Assembly: GCA_965178125.1 (NCBI GenBank)
Contig: OZ237754.1
Span: 62,001-126,000 of the forward strand
Source of the DNA: Bilabrum cf. latius
Lineage: Eukaryota
Direction of reading: 5' to 3'
Length of the DNA: 64,000 nt
Numbering within the stretch: position 1 is the stretch's first letter; each line of letters opens with the position of its first letter. The position numbers were made by a program, and so were the translations under genes. The notes under the pieces were generated by a model. It was not told the DNA's origin. It ran no database searches and worked only from the letters and a program-made list of their open reading frames with translations. Of the stretch, positions 38,148 to 51,142 are shown piece by piece.

Positions 38148-40385
38148 CTGGATGCATGTTTAGTCGAGCTGGTTGAGCTCCGTGCTGCTGTGGAGGTGGA
38201 CGCCGATCCAGACAAGCCTGTCCAGGAGTTTGAGGCGCTCCGAAAGCTGATTCACCAAGCCGCTGAGGAAGTAGCAGCCGCAATAGGAAAATCTGCCGTT
38301 GCCATGTCGCAAGTGCGCAACGCCAGAGAAGCAGAGGTGCTGTGCAAGGGAATTACGACGCCCGCTGCAACCTTGGTGTCGGCTGGCCAGCTGCTAGTGC
38401 GCCACCACGGCCGAACGTTCACCCATGATGTCCGCAACGTGGTAGGTCGAATCATGGATGCGGCGATTGGGGCCTACTTGAAGGCGGCACCCCGCAACCC
38501 TGCGTTCCGAATCCGCACAGACGCGGCTAAGGCAGCGCCGGGCGCGCCCAGCTCAGGGTCAGGGGAGGGCGGTGACTGCAGCGACGTGGCCCACCGAGCG
38601 AGCCTGGCAGCCGGCGCGGCGGGGGATGGGACGGAAGCCGAGATGGCCCGGAGGCGCGTGCAGGCGGCGGGCGTGCTGCAGGAGCTGGTGGCCAAGGCGG
38701 GCGACCTGCCGAGGAGTGACGCGTCCGCTGCCATCCGGCGGCTCACAGGAGCCACGCGGTGCATGCGACAGGCCGCGCTGGAGATGTTCGAGAGGGCTCC
38801 CGACGGGCCCACCCCGCAGGAGCTGAGGGATGCCGTGGAGGCGCTGCAGGCCCCCAGCGCGGGGGGGGGACCCGCCTCGGGTGTGACCCCCAGCGAGGGG
38901 ACGCCCGGGCGCGCGGGCGACGCCGCCGCCCCGGGTGCAGGGGTGGGTGAGAAGGGCGGCAGCAGCAGTGGCGGTGGCGGTGGCGGTGGCGGTGGCCCGT
39001 GGGACCGGCCCGCGGAGGAGCTTGACTGCGCCGAATTCGACGATTGGAGCGACGAGGAGGAGGACGCAGAGTGGAGGCAGGACCCGATTTGCAGGCAGCG
39101 CTGGTGGTGCGCCCTCAAGAGCTTCAAGGCCACGAGGAACCTCTTTCAGTACGGCGTGGAGCTGCTGAACCTGATCGGGCTCAGGGTGCGGAAGAATCGC
39201 AAGGCCCGGTCAGCCAAGGCCAAGACGGAGCAGGAGGAGATGCAGACCCCCGAGGGCAGGGCCAGGGCTGCCTATCTCTCCAAGAGGAAGGGCGGGGCCA
39301 AGGCCAAGGGGGCAGCTGGTGGGGCTGCCAGCGGGGCGGGGGGGCGCAAGAAGCGCAAGAGAGGCAGCGGCAAGAAGAAGGCGGGTGGGTCGGGAGGCGA
39401 GGCGGCAGCAGCAGCAGCAGCACCGACTGCAGGCGCGGCGGCCGAGTCTTAGGTAAAGGCGACGGATGGCGCAGACGATGACGAGTCGGCATCGGCCAAG
39501 GCAGCCCCCACGCTGGCAGCCGCAGCCGCCTCGGTCGCAGCCGAGATCTCCCAGGCGGGGCCCATGGGCAGCAGGCGGCCGGCAACGGCTGTGCCAAGGG
39601 AGGACACAGCCGCTTTCCTCGCGCGTGCGGAGGAGGCCGCCAAGCAGCCTAGTGTGCGGGGGCAGCTGCGCCCCGACTGGCACGAGGCCTCCTGGCACCA
39701 CCTGGTGCGGTGGTTTGACGGTGTGGCCGATGCCGCGGCCATCGTGGAGCGGGGCGTGGCGGTCCTGGCCGACGCGGCAGACGATCCGTCCGAGCCGGAC
39801 GCGCTGCGGGAGGGGGAGAAGGCGTACCGGGAGGCGGTCGCGGCGCTGTCCCTGGCTCTGGTCGGCTCCGTGGCGGGGCCTGCAGCAGCTCAAGAGGGAG
39901 AAGGGAGTACAGGCGGCGAGGACTCGGCGGCGGCCCGGGAGGCGGCCGCGTGCAAGCTGGACGGTCTGCCTCTGCCACTGCCCGATATCCACTGGAAGCA
40001 CGTGCAGGCGGCGGGGCTGGACCCCATCACACTTCACCTGATCCGTGAGACGGCCCGCAAGTCTCTCGAGTCTCTGGACGCGCTGGGCGAGACTTTGTCT
40101 GTGGAGGGCCTGCGCCGCGTGGTGGGGCTGGACGAGTCCCGGGTGGCGGTGGGGTTCATGATGGGCGGCGGGGCCGTGGTCGCAGAGGGGGACGCGCCCC
40201 CGGAGGTGCCCATCCTGGCCGAGTCGGGGGCGCCCCCGAGGAAGGGCAGCGTGGTGGAGGTGGAAGGAGGGACCGGGGCAGTGGTAGAGGGCAAGGAGGG
40301 CTAGGGCTAGGGCTCGGCTGCAGCAGGCGGTGCTGCGAGAGATGGTGGAGCTTAGGAAGAGGGCATGGGGGAAGAGGGTAGCTGA
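38148..40385 (+). CDS. GCIP/CCNDBP1-like helical protein (5' exon probably lies near 37900-38065; start unresolved)
   Basis: Track ORFs 38190-39452 and 39564-40304 join through TAG (39450, 40302, 40308, ~40353) to TGA at 40383. The pattern HGRTFTHDVRNVV..AAGVLQELV..LPRSDASA..MRQAALEMFE and an acidic patch resembles GCIP. Confidence 0.55.
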
Positions 40386-40507
40386 CGATTGACTTTTGTT
40401 TCATGCCACACAAAGAGATAGGTCATTCAGTGGTCGCACGGATCATAATCGTGCTTCAACGCAATCTGAACGCAATCCATCCAACGCAATCCACCCAAGA
40501 CCCAGTA

Positions 40508-42146
40508 TCACGTGGCCTTGAGGCCCCCTTTCCTGGCCCGCAGGAGCCCCGCCTCCTCGCCGTGCCCCTCACCCGCACCTGCTGACGCACCTTCGGACCC
40601 TGGCACCGACGCGCCCCCGCGGGCTTGGCCTGCATCCTTCGCCCTTGCATCCCCATTGCCCTCCTCGTCTTCGTCCCAGAACCCCCCTCCCATGGCCCTA
40701 GTCCGCCTGACATCCGCAGCCGTGGGCCAAAAGTACCCCGGCGTGCCCTTGGGAATGCTCGTAGATCTTGCCCCGCCAATGGGACCCACACTGTCGTGCG
40801 ATGCACCCTCCGTGCGTGCGACCACCCACCGGGTCATCACGGCGCAGTACCTGCGCCTCGTGTCCAGCGGCTCCACGCTCGCGACGTGCTTGGCCCCCTC
40901 TAGCACCACGTGCGTCTTGTCCTAGGAGGAGGCCTCGTCGAAGAGCTTGGCGCTCATGGCTGGGTCCGTGACCTTGTCGTCCTCTCCGTGGAATACGATG
41001 AACGGCGTCTTGATGGTAGAGAGGTGCTCTTGCAGCCACACGGTCGAATTGAACAGCTCGAACGCGGTCTTGAGCCTGTTGTTGCCCTTGTACCGGATGG
41101 GGTCGGACCGCACCAGAGGCATGGTCGTGGCGTCCGCGAAGCACCTCTCCAGGTGATCGGGGGCGGGTACGATGGGCGCAGCGGGGAAGAGAGCCATGGC
41201 GACCTTCAGGAGGCACTGCGTGCACTCGGATGGGATCATGTCAGCGGCGATGCCCACCATGGGGGCAAACACGATGAGTCCGGCGGGGGGTGGGGAGAGC
41301 TTCAGGCTGCTCAATAGTAGCACGCAGCCCCCCAGCGACTCTCCGTTGAAGAAAAGCGGCACATCGTCTGTGCTGCCTGCGCCCCGCCCGCCCCCCGCTG
41401 CCTCGCTATCTTCGCCGCTGGGCACCTCTGCCGGGGGTGCCTGCCTGCCTCGTGACCTGCTTCTGCTCCTGCTCCTGCTCCTGCCGCTGCTGCTTGTGCT
41501 TGTGCGGTCTTTCGCCCTCGATATCGTGCCCTTCGCCTCTGCCCGTGCTCTCTCCCGGAGCCTCGGCCGAAACACGTCGTTGACGAACTGCAGCACAGAG
41601 TCCACCACGCCCTCCATTGAGCTGACCAGGCCCTTAGTGCCGCCCGACTTCCCATGGCCCTCATAGTCAATCGCCCCACAGGCATAGCCCAGCTTGTTCC
41701 AAATTGCGGCTTGTCTGGCATACGGCCGATCGTGTCCATAATGCAGATATCCCTGAGAGTTATGGAGTGCGGGTAGTGCGGGGGTTGCAGGGCCAGTGGT
41801 CAAGACAGAGTCGGGAAGCAGACAAGAGCGAACATACATGTTGTGCATGGTTCCTCACATGGAAAAACATGATGGCACCCTTCAGCTTGACGTCTTTTGG
41901 TGGCATCCAGATAAATGTGGCGATGTCGATCCCTGCTGGAGTTCGTATAGACCTCTCATCTGGAACAGGATCGGGGCCCTATCCGTGCTCTTCCCCCCCA
42001 AAAAGCGTGCATGTTCTGCTCTGGTGATGCTTGAAGACCTCTTGCGGCGTCATTGTGGCGAGAGTTTCTGCATCAAGCAGCGCTGGCCGTGGCAGGTAGT
42101 CAGACAGGTGTGTCTCGTTCTCTTCGCTCCTTGCTGATGACGACAT
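40508..42146 (-). CDS. Monoacylglycerol lipase-like alpha/beta hydrolase
   Basis: complement(join(40508..41752,41859..42146)). KGAIMFFHGY, IDYEGHGKSGG, GESLGG, FHGEDDKVTDP, SS[TAG]DKTHVVLEGAKH; TGA stop. Confidence 0.9.
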
Positions 42147-42579
42147 CCTGGGAAAATAATTCAGTGTAAAACATAAGGCATTTGTACCATGTGCAATGAC
42201 GAAAGGGTGTGTGTTGGACCGACAAGCATGCAGCAGGACCCTTATAGATCTAGTCCAAGAGTGTTCCGCCCGTGGGTTCGCCACAAGGACAAACTTCACG
42301 AGCGAGGGCAGCTCGTCTTAAGGATGAGCCGTTTAATGCTCTATTCTTCCTCACAGCGTGTACTTTAAGAAGTGTAGAGAACCGCGAGCGATTCAATGAA
42401 CGAAACCGGAACCATGGCAGGCACCACGGCCCGGGGTCGCCACTGGCAACGTCGACTCGCCCGTGCCCAAGCGGTGGGGTGCATTGATGCATTGGATCAG
42501 AATGCAGATGATTCACAACTTGCGATACAACACTATGAGCAGCCAGCTACTAATCGACTTGCACCAGAGTGCGGTTGCT

Positions 42580-44445
42580 TCATTCCCGAGGTGATGACCC
42601 CCGTCTGCCAGTGCTAGCCGCAGCAGCAGCAGCCGCCGACTACTACTTCCAATTGGCCGACAGGAGGCGGTACCTCGCCTCTGTGCTCGCTCCTGCTGCC
42701 ACCCGCGGGCTCAGGAACCCGCTGCCCTACCCCCTTGCCGGCAGCTTCTGGAGGGGAGTCCCGGTCATCAGGGCAGCGTACCTCTTGCCTTTCCCGATGC
42801 CGTGGCTCGTGGCATGGCTCGTGGCATGGCCAGGCGTCCTCACATTGAAATGCAAGCCTGACATTCCATTCAATGAAGCGCCTTGACCCGCAGTTGCTCC
42901 TCTTCCCGACACACCAGAGAGTGTCTCCCCGCCCCCCATCCTGCCACCGCTCCCGCCACCGCTCCTGCCACCGCTCCTGCCCGAGGTGCTGCCCCGACCC
43001 CCGCTAGCGGCGAGTGCACCCGGCCCACCAACCAGCTACCGGGTCCGTCCCAGCGCTGGCGATGGAGACGGGCCAGCGCGATACCCACTCGTCACACCAT
43101 TGTTATCTCCTGCATCACGCAGCTGCACCGCGCCAGATGCCTGCAGGCGAGGGGGGCCTGATCCGTGCTAGCCTTGAGCACCTGCTCCGTGCTCGGTTTG
43201 AGCACCTGCTCCGTGCTCGGTTTGAGCACCTGCTCCGTGCTCGGTTTGAGCACCTGCTCCGTGCTAGCCTTGAGCACCTGCTCCGTGCTCGGTTTGAGCA
43301 CGTGCTCCGTGCTCGGTTTGAGCACCTGCTCCGTGCTCGGTTTGAGCACCTGCTCCGTGCTCGGTTTTGATCTGACTCGGTGACTCCGTACCGGCTCTAG
43401 CGCCCGCAAAGCTTAGCTCAACTGGCCTTGCAAGCCCACTGTCGTGCGATGCATCCAGAGAGGGCGGTGGAGGTGAGCGGGCCAGCCGCTCGAGCGCACT
43501 CATATTCCTGGGAGGGGAGCGGACCCAGTACACGGGCTCGGCCCAATGAGGTTGAACGGTGCCCACCTCCCCGCTGCCTGTGGCTGCACCTGCACCTGCA
43601 TCTCCTGGTCGACAGGCAGGAGATGGGAAGCGCCCCAGTGACCCCGGCATGGCGACCTAGGGCAGGGCCAGTCTCATAGCCGTGCTCTCACCGGGCCCCT
43701 CGCGGCACTTTCCATCGCTACTCCCACCAATGGCAGACTTTCTATTGCGGTCACGATTGTCTTGCACTGGGCTGTGCACCCTCACGGGGCGTGGGGCGAC
43801 CCCCCTCTGGCTCGCTGGCAGGTGTGCAGCATCCGATCGCCGAGGCTTGCTCGATTGAGAAGTGGTATCTGCGTGATGCCCAGCTGTAGCAGTGGGCGCA
43901 GAACTGATTCCTGCCGAGGAGCGTTGCAGCAGCACCATCACATCGCTCGAGGCAGGTAGCGGTTTCACAGGGAGCGTGCGTCGCCATGAAGGCGCCCGAG
44001 GGGCGCCTTGCGTCGGAGTCTTGAGTTTCGGACTGAATTCTCGGGAACCTGCCGTCGACTCCTATTCCCACTGTGGATAATCACCGTTGCATTCTTCCAG
44101 GGCGACACGCTCGAGAGCCAGAAGGCGAGCATCGGAGCGATCGAGCCTATCCAAAGCAGCATGCGATCCTGATCCCGTTGATGAAGTGGTTAAGTGAAGA
44201 GAATGCACTGAATTTGCTAGCTACGAACCTGTAGATGGGTCTGATAGACGCCTGACGCGCGGAATTGGTTTGGAACTAGAATACGGACCTTTACCGGTCG
44301 CCCTCGAACGCCTGCCGCCGCGGTCCCGTTTCACTGAGGGTCCAAGTCCGCTTCGTCGGTTTCGTAGCGGAGCTGTGGAGCGCTGCTTGCCGTATTCTGC
44401 TCTCCTTCTTGTCAAGCCTGGGGCAACATACTCTCGATGCTCCAT
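42580..44445 (-). CDS. Hypothetical low-complexity protein (~621 aa)
   Basis: Track ORFs 44221-44637, 43657-43968, 43264-43650 and 42727-42939 share one frame. Nine TAG (including TAG TAG) and no TAA/TGA from ATG 44445 to TGA 42580. Confidence 0.65.
43162..43367. repeat. 24-bp tandem repeat, about 8.5 copies, each with an internal inverted repeat
   Basis: Consensus TCCGTGCTCGGTTTGAGCACCTGC; copies 1 and 5 read TCCGTGCTAGCCTTGAGCACCTGC. Stem GTGCTC/GAGCAC. Confidence 0.95.
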
Positions 44446-44652
44446 CCCGAGAATAATATACCTCCAATTCGCAAACGATGGGGAGGATACCTGCACAACG
44501 CTTGTAGGAAAGAATGATCCTACCGAAAATAATGTAGAAATAGCTAATTTATTGTGGATCGGTGCAGTCTGCTGGGAAGCGGAACCGCGATCGCAGACAT
44601 GATGCGCGGCGCCTTCCAGCTCGATAATTGGTCGCACAACACGATTGGGTCA

Positions 44653-47292
44653 ATGTAGAGCTGGTACGCATGCTCTGCTATTGTGCTCGCTAGTTGCAGT
44701 GCCGCGCTATCTACCTATCATGGCGGCGCTAACCCTGACGCAGTCGTGGAGCGGGGCAGCATACGTGTCACGGTCCTTACGTCTCGAATCTTTCGCATTG
44801 AACGACTATAGAGCGAGAGCAATAGCTTTGTGGACCTCCCCAGCCTCGCAGTCACAAACAGATTTTTACAGGTTCCTTTGTTTGAAGTCAAGAATTTGTC
44901 ATCGGACTCGTTCTTCCTCCAAACTGCCAATGTTAATCTGACAGTGCGTGGCTGTGGCGGGTTTGGTCAATTTTCTGCGGGGTCCCTGCACGCTGATATA
45001 TAGTATTCCGGTGCTAATGGATCCGTGTACCGTTCGAGGTGGTCTGTGCGGGAGAGCTCGCGTGCCGGCAACTTAGGAGGCACGATTTCGTCATGGAACG
45101 AGGTCGCATCGTCAGACCTGTAGCTGCAGCCTGGGTTGCTTTCAATAGACGGCTGGGCTACAGTGAACGACAGCATGTCACCTTTGTTCAGCACAGCATA
45201 TGGCCCTCTCGGGGGTGGAGGCCCTAGGGCCGGCGGGACCCAGCCATGGGTCGACGTGTCCCGCACCAAGCAAGCAATTGCCCAAGAAGATATTTACCTG
45301 CTCGCTCACGGAAGGGATTACCCTGCTGCCCTGCAGGAGTGGGCTTCAGTCGCGGGAGAGCCCCCAATTCCACCGCTAAGCGCCTACGGCAATTGGTACT
45401 CGCACTACCAGAGCTACAGCGAATCGCAGGTGCTGCACGAGGTGCTGCAGCAGTACGGGGAGCGCGGCCTGCCGCTGGACCACCTTAACCTAGACGTGAA
45501 CTGGCACAACAACACAAACGGGCCCGAGTGCAAAGGGTACAACGGGTATGCATGGAATGAGACCCTGTTCCCTGACCCGTCTGCATTCGTCGAGCAGCTT
45601 CACGCAGGCAACGGCACCGGCGTGGATCCCCTCCAGCTGGGCCTGAATACGCACGCATTCGAAGGCATTGACACTTGTAACTCGCCACCTAGGTGCTACT
45701 AGGCTGTCTCAGTTGCATCCGGGGATGCAGAAAAGCGCCACAGCTCTGGTTCAGCTGGTAGATCTAGTGGCACCCCCCCGCTCATCCCCATCAACCTGAC
45801 CAGCCTGACCTTCCAGCAGGCCATGTTCCCCAGCTGTCTAGACCCAGTGGGAAACGATCTCTGGTGGGTGGACGGCACACTATCGAAGTGGCGAAACACG
45901 GGCGATGCTGGCCCCTGGAACCTATTCTGGAACGTGTACCTGCACGACTCGTGGCGCCGTGAGATGCACGCCCGCCGGCCGCTCACGATGGCCAGGTACT
46001 CTGGCCTGGGGCAGCACAGGTATGCAATCGGTTTCAGCGGGGATGCGCCTGCCAGCTGGACCACTCTACAGGCTGAGGTTAACATGACTGCGAAGGCAAG
46101 TAACGTGCTGTTTGGCCACTGGTCCCACGATATCGGTGGGTTCAACTCAGAGGGCCAGAAGACTGCCAACCCAACCCCGGAGGCCTTCGCCAGGTGGATC
46201 CAGGCCGCTGTTGTGTTCCCCATCGCCCGCATACACGGAACCAGAGGCTCGGAGCGGCGGCCGTGGATGTACCCCAGCACCTTCCCTGTGATGCAGCAGC
46301 ACATGAGGATGCGGGCCTCGCTGGCACCTTACCTCTACTCGCAGGACCTCATGGGCTCCTATGCCGGGATGAGCCTCCTGCGGCCCATGTACTACGAGTG
46401 GCCCTGGGAGCACTCCGCGTATGGAGAGGACACCGATCTCCAGTTCATGGTGGGGAACAGCCTGATGGCCAGGCCGGTCACCCAGCCCTCCACCGACGAG
46501 AGCGGGGCGGTGAACGTCTCCGTGTGGATGCCACCGTGCAGCGAGACCCAGCCCCCGTTCTACCGCTGGAACGACTCGACTCTGCTCCCATGCGGGGTGT
46601 AGATCAGGGAACACGTGGACCTCTGGGAGCTGCCCCTGTACGCGCGAGCAGGGAGCGCCCTGCCGACCCTGCCCCTCGGCACCACCACCGTGACGGACAT
46701 GAACCGGGCGTCTCGGCCCATCGTGTGGGTCGTGTTCCCTGCGACCAAAGCGCATCGGTCAAGCAGAGGCAGCGGTGCTAGCTCTAGCTCGGGTGAAGTC
46801 GAAGGACCAGGCGGGGTGGAGGTGTCGGACGACGGCAACTCGACGGTGTACGAGTCGGGCGGGGCATGCGTGCGGCGGGCCACTGTGTCGCTGCTGGACG
46901 GTGCAACGGACGGGGCGAGTGTCGGGATCGGTAGCAGCAGCTTGCCGGTGCATAGGGTGTGTCTGGGTGCATTCCATTGCGGCGACGGCAAGGCCCCGGT
47001 CGTCTCGGCCCGCAGGTACTCGTTCGAGTTGAGGGGAGTGGCAGTGGCAGCGGGGGGTGCCGCGAGGGTGTCCTGGGCCGGAGTGGAGCTGCCCAAGGTG
47101 CCCCCGCCGGTAAAGGAGCGGGTGGGAGGCGATTGGGGCGGGGCGCTGTCTCGCACACAGGAACAGGATCCGGTGGGCTGGTGGGTGGCAGGCGCTGCCT
47201 ACGCGACGGTGATGCGGCCTGCAGGCACGCTGGTTGCGAGTGTGCCCACGGTGAATGCGACGGAGGCAGCATGCCTCGAGGTATCGCTATGA
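44653..47292 (+). CDS. Secreted GH31 alpha-glycosidase (~879 aa)
   Basis: ATG-TAG start then a signal peptide; RVTVLTSRIFRIE, NLGGT, GLLSIDGW, YGNWYSHY, LPLDHLNLDVNWH, LWWVDG, HRYAIGFSGD, WSHDIGG, LLRPMYYEWP. Six TAG; TGA stop. Confidence 0.92.
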
Positions 47293-47725
47293 TGTGGCCG
47301 CATGAGGCTGAATATGGTTACTGGTAGCAATGGTGCTGGTGCAGGACCATGGCCTGGTTGCGTGCACTTCAAGTTCCCAGCGAATCCTGCTTCTAAACTC
47401 CCAACAACGTGCAAACCAGGGCTCTGTCCGGCTCAATTGCGTTCGGCCTGGCAAATCTCCTGTTGTGCTATTTCTGTTGATGCCCACGAGCCGAAACAGG
47501 CGTGCTTCACAGTCATCAGAAGCACGAGCCAAGAGAAGCACAAAGCGCGTAAGAACAATCGTGATGCTTTGCAGCTAATGTATCGCGCACTCTGGGGCAA
47601 TGCATCGCTCTATCAATAAATGTGTACATTTGTATTTGCAGGCTCGTTCTAGAGGGCGCTAGCCTAAAACCAATCGTCCAACTGGCCGGTTGACACGCCG
47701 TAGACCCGACTCTTCGGAGACAAGA

Positions 47726-49278
47726 ATGCAGGCAGACGAGGTAGCATGCAGTGAGGCGAGGGGTAGAAAACGAATAACAGATCAGCAAGCCCAAGTGACA
47801 TTACCTGACAAAGAGTTGTCGACAGGCAGCACCCAACCTCCAACGTTGCCATCAAGCACCCCGGCTAATATTGCCCCCGATGGCTCTGCCGTTGTAATTC
47901 GCAAATCGCACCGATCAGCGTGGCTATGGTCCGCCGGAATTGTTATGATGTCGGTGATTGCCGCGGTTGAGGTGTCTGGCACACGGTAGTCGCTGTTCAG
48001 CGGCAATCCGATGTCACAAGGTTCTGAGTTGCTGCCCAGGCAGAATAATGATGATTTATAGAGGCACAGCACAGCTCTTGATGGAGAGTTTCCGCCTGCA
48101 GCAAGCTCAGTTGATGATAGAGAAGGGTCCTTGCCGAGGGCTTCGGGTGATACAGATGTGGCACAGCCACTGCCGCAGCGACGAGAGGAGAAGGATCGCC
48201 ACAGCACAGAAAGCAGCGCGTTTGTGGCAGCACCTGTAGACACCACTGGCGAGCTCCCTAAGAGTGGTTACCGGTTGCCGTCGCTGAGCGAGGTGTGGCT
48301 CGTTTGGTGCGCCGCCTGGCTCACAGCTGCCGCCACTGGCCTGGGCGCGCTTCCATTCGCGTGCGGGTCCAAGCTGCCGGACGCTCTTGTGGCGGTAAGC
48401 AACGGTGAGTTTACTGTTCCATGCATGCCCCCCTGCTCCTATCCTTTTCAATGGTGACGACTCCTCGTGCCTCCCCTTGGTGACCCCTGTTCCGATTCGA
48501 CCCTTGCATCCCATCGCCTCTGATCGCAGCCGCTGCCGCCGGCATGATGCTGGCAGCCTCCACCTCACTTGTGCTGGAGGCACTGGCCCATGCCGTTGCG
48601 ATGCACTCGTCAAATTAGATGGGGCTGGGAGACGGCGATGACTCGGGAATCCTGCCAGGGATGGCGGACGATCTGCTGGACGGGGCAGCGGCGGGCCTCG
48701 GGGACTGGTGGGCGGTGGCGCAGGTGCTGCTCGGTGCAGCGTGCGGGGTGGGCTTCGTGCTGGGCACGCACCGATGGCTGTCAGGCCACGATGATGTGAC
48801 GCTTGCGGATGTGGGCGGGTTGTATGCCAAGAGAATGCTCCTGCTGGTGGCTGTCATGACCGCGCACAGCTGCACAGAGGGCATCTCAATCGGGGTGAGC
48901 TACGCGGGCAGCAGTGGGGAGGCCCTGGGGCACTTTATGAGCAGCATCCTTGCCCTGCACAACGTGCCCGAGGGACTGGCCACTGCCCTGGTGCTGGTTC
49001 CCAGGGGAGTGGCACCTCTGGAGGCGGCCGTGTACGCGGTGGGCACCTCTGTTCCCCAACCCGTCTTTGCTGTGCTGGGCATGCTCTTCGTGTCGGTGTT
49101 CAGGGGTCTGCTGCCCGCGGGGTTCGGGTTCGCAGCGGGGGCCATGGTGTGGGTGGCGCTGTTCGACCTGGCCGTGGAGGCGGCGGAGGCAATGGGGTGG
49201 GTCAAGACCGTGGCGGTGACGGCGCTGGCAGGGGCTGGGATGATGGCCACACAGATGCTCATGCGGGGGGGTGGGTGA
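47726..49278 (+). CDS. ZIP family (ZupT/GufA-like) zinc transporter
   Basis: join(47726..48404,48530..49278). TAAATGLGALPF, AAGMMLAAS, MTAHSCTEGISIGVSY, LHNVPEGLA, SVPQP, GFAAGAM. Three TAG; TGA stop. Confidence 0.92.
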
Positions 49279-49422
49279 CGCATGGGGAATTGATAGGTGG
49301 AGTCTTGGAAGGGAATGCTCGTTGCCTTGCCCCCGGTGAGGCTTGCTGTTATTTCGCATGAACTGCGTGTAATTGATTAACGTCACACTGGTAAGATACC
49401 ATGCCGCAGTATATTGGTACAA

Positions 49423-50963
49423 TCACCCTTTCGACTTTCGCCTAGACCCCTTCTTGCTCTTGCCCTTGCTCTTTCCCTTGCCCTTGGATGCAGCGCTCCC
49501 CTTGCGCGCCCCCTCCTCCTCCTCGTCCTCATCATCACCACCGTCCATTGCAGCAGAACCAGCCCCCACGCCATCCCCCGAGGCCGAACCAGCAGCTGAA
49601 GAGGCGGCAGGGTCCCCCGCTCGCCCCGCCCCCGCCCCAGACGCAGCCGCGGCGGCGGCAGCCAGCCCCTCCACCTTGTCCAGCGCCGCCACCACTGTGG
49701 AGCACTTGCGGGCCAGCACCCTTAGCGCCCGCTTCACAATCATAGCGGCGGGGAACTGTCCGGCGCTCTCCACTGAGAACTCGAAGTGCTCGTTCTTCCG
49801 CCTGAGCTCAACGAGGTGCTGCCACCCGGGGTGCCGGATGCACTCCCTGCACATGGTGCACTTCCTCACGTCCTTCACGTACGCAGAGTACTCCCGCCCC
49901 CCCGACACATTCCCGACGGGCGCGCCCTCCTCCAACACGCCCTATTCACCTCCCTGCCCCTCCAGCCCCAGCCCAGCGGCAGCCGCCGGATCTGCGTCCA
50001 TCGCTGCCTGCCCCGACCCCGACCCAGACCCGGCACCCCCTCCAACGGCCCTCCCCAAGTCCTCGATATCGCCCGCCACCTCTGTGCCGTCGTCTCTCCT
50101 GCGGCCAAAGACCCCTGGGGCACACATGCTCACCAGACGGTCTGCCAGGTCGCCCCGGATGGGCCTCGAGAGCCGCACGTCGGGCAGCATGCGGTAGGTT
50201 GCGGTGGCCACCGGGCTCCATTTCGCGTGCTCCCTGCCGATGCCCTTGCTGGCGTGCGCCTCAAGCTCGATGTCCTAGGAGGGCAGGAGGCGCGTGATCT
50301 CGATGTCTCCGTGCACCATGCCAACGCCCTTGCAGGTCGCCTCCTGGTCCGGCGTGGACGGCTGGAAGTGCACCTGCGAGCTATACACAGTCGACTTGCG
50401 GTCCGCGGGCTCGCCGTCGCCCGTGCGCTGCGGAGAAGCACCCTTGACGTCGAGAATGAACACCAGCGTGTCCTTGTCGGAAGGGTGCTCGCCAACTTCG
50501 TGAAACCGGGCCGGATCGGCTCGGATGGGCAGAAGACCCAGCCGGTGAGCGAGGACCTCGTCCTGCATCACACCGGTGTTTTGCCGGATGTACACCTGCT
50601 CAATTGCCATTGTCGGTACTTCTGAAATCATAACGCGCCTGAGTGCGTTCGCAAGTGCCGGTGCGACGCCAACGAGATCAAAAACAACCTTGTCCGGGGA
50701 ATCGGACAGTATCCGCACTGACAGCTTCGACCGAAGAACTTCCAGGAACTGGCGAGCATCACCCGGACTGACAGAGTACTCCTGCGTGCAAGCAGTATCA
50801 CCAAATTATGCTGGCCACGCGTGTTATGCGCCTTGATGGGAAGCCTGCTGTACAATTGCCTTAGTGCGGTATCACTCACTTTCTTGGTACCATGCACTTC
50901 CAGCCTCGTGTGTGTGGCCTTGGTACGACGTGCCAAATCAATCGAGGAGGATGTTGCACTCAT
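49423..50963 (-). CDS. POLR1C: RNA polymerase I/III subunit AC40 (RPC40)
   Basis: complement(join(49423..50781,50880..50963)). ALANALRRVMISEVPTMAIE, QDEVLAHRLGLLPI, [TAG]DIELEAHASKGIGREHAKWSPVATA, CTMCRECIR, HFEFSVES. TAG at 50275 and 49942; TGA stop. Confidence 0.95.
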
Positions 50964-51142
50964 GGCTACTTTGACTAAGTGAAACAATGCATGTGCCCCA
51001 TTGCTCCAGAAACTGTATTTGATCATTTGTAGCGAGTTGTTTTACAAGAAAGGAGCGTTGGTGCAACTGATCCATTTTAAGCGCACTGAGTCAAAGTTTC
51101 GTTGTATCGTTGGATTCAAGTTTATCTATTATATTATATCAT

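Noticed and set aside
43162-43367. CRISPR array (palindromic 24-bp repeat)
   Set aside because: Units are head-to-tail with no unique spacers, there are no cas genes, the context is eukaryotic, and the array lies in a reading frame.
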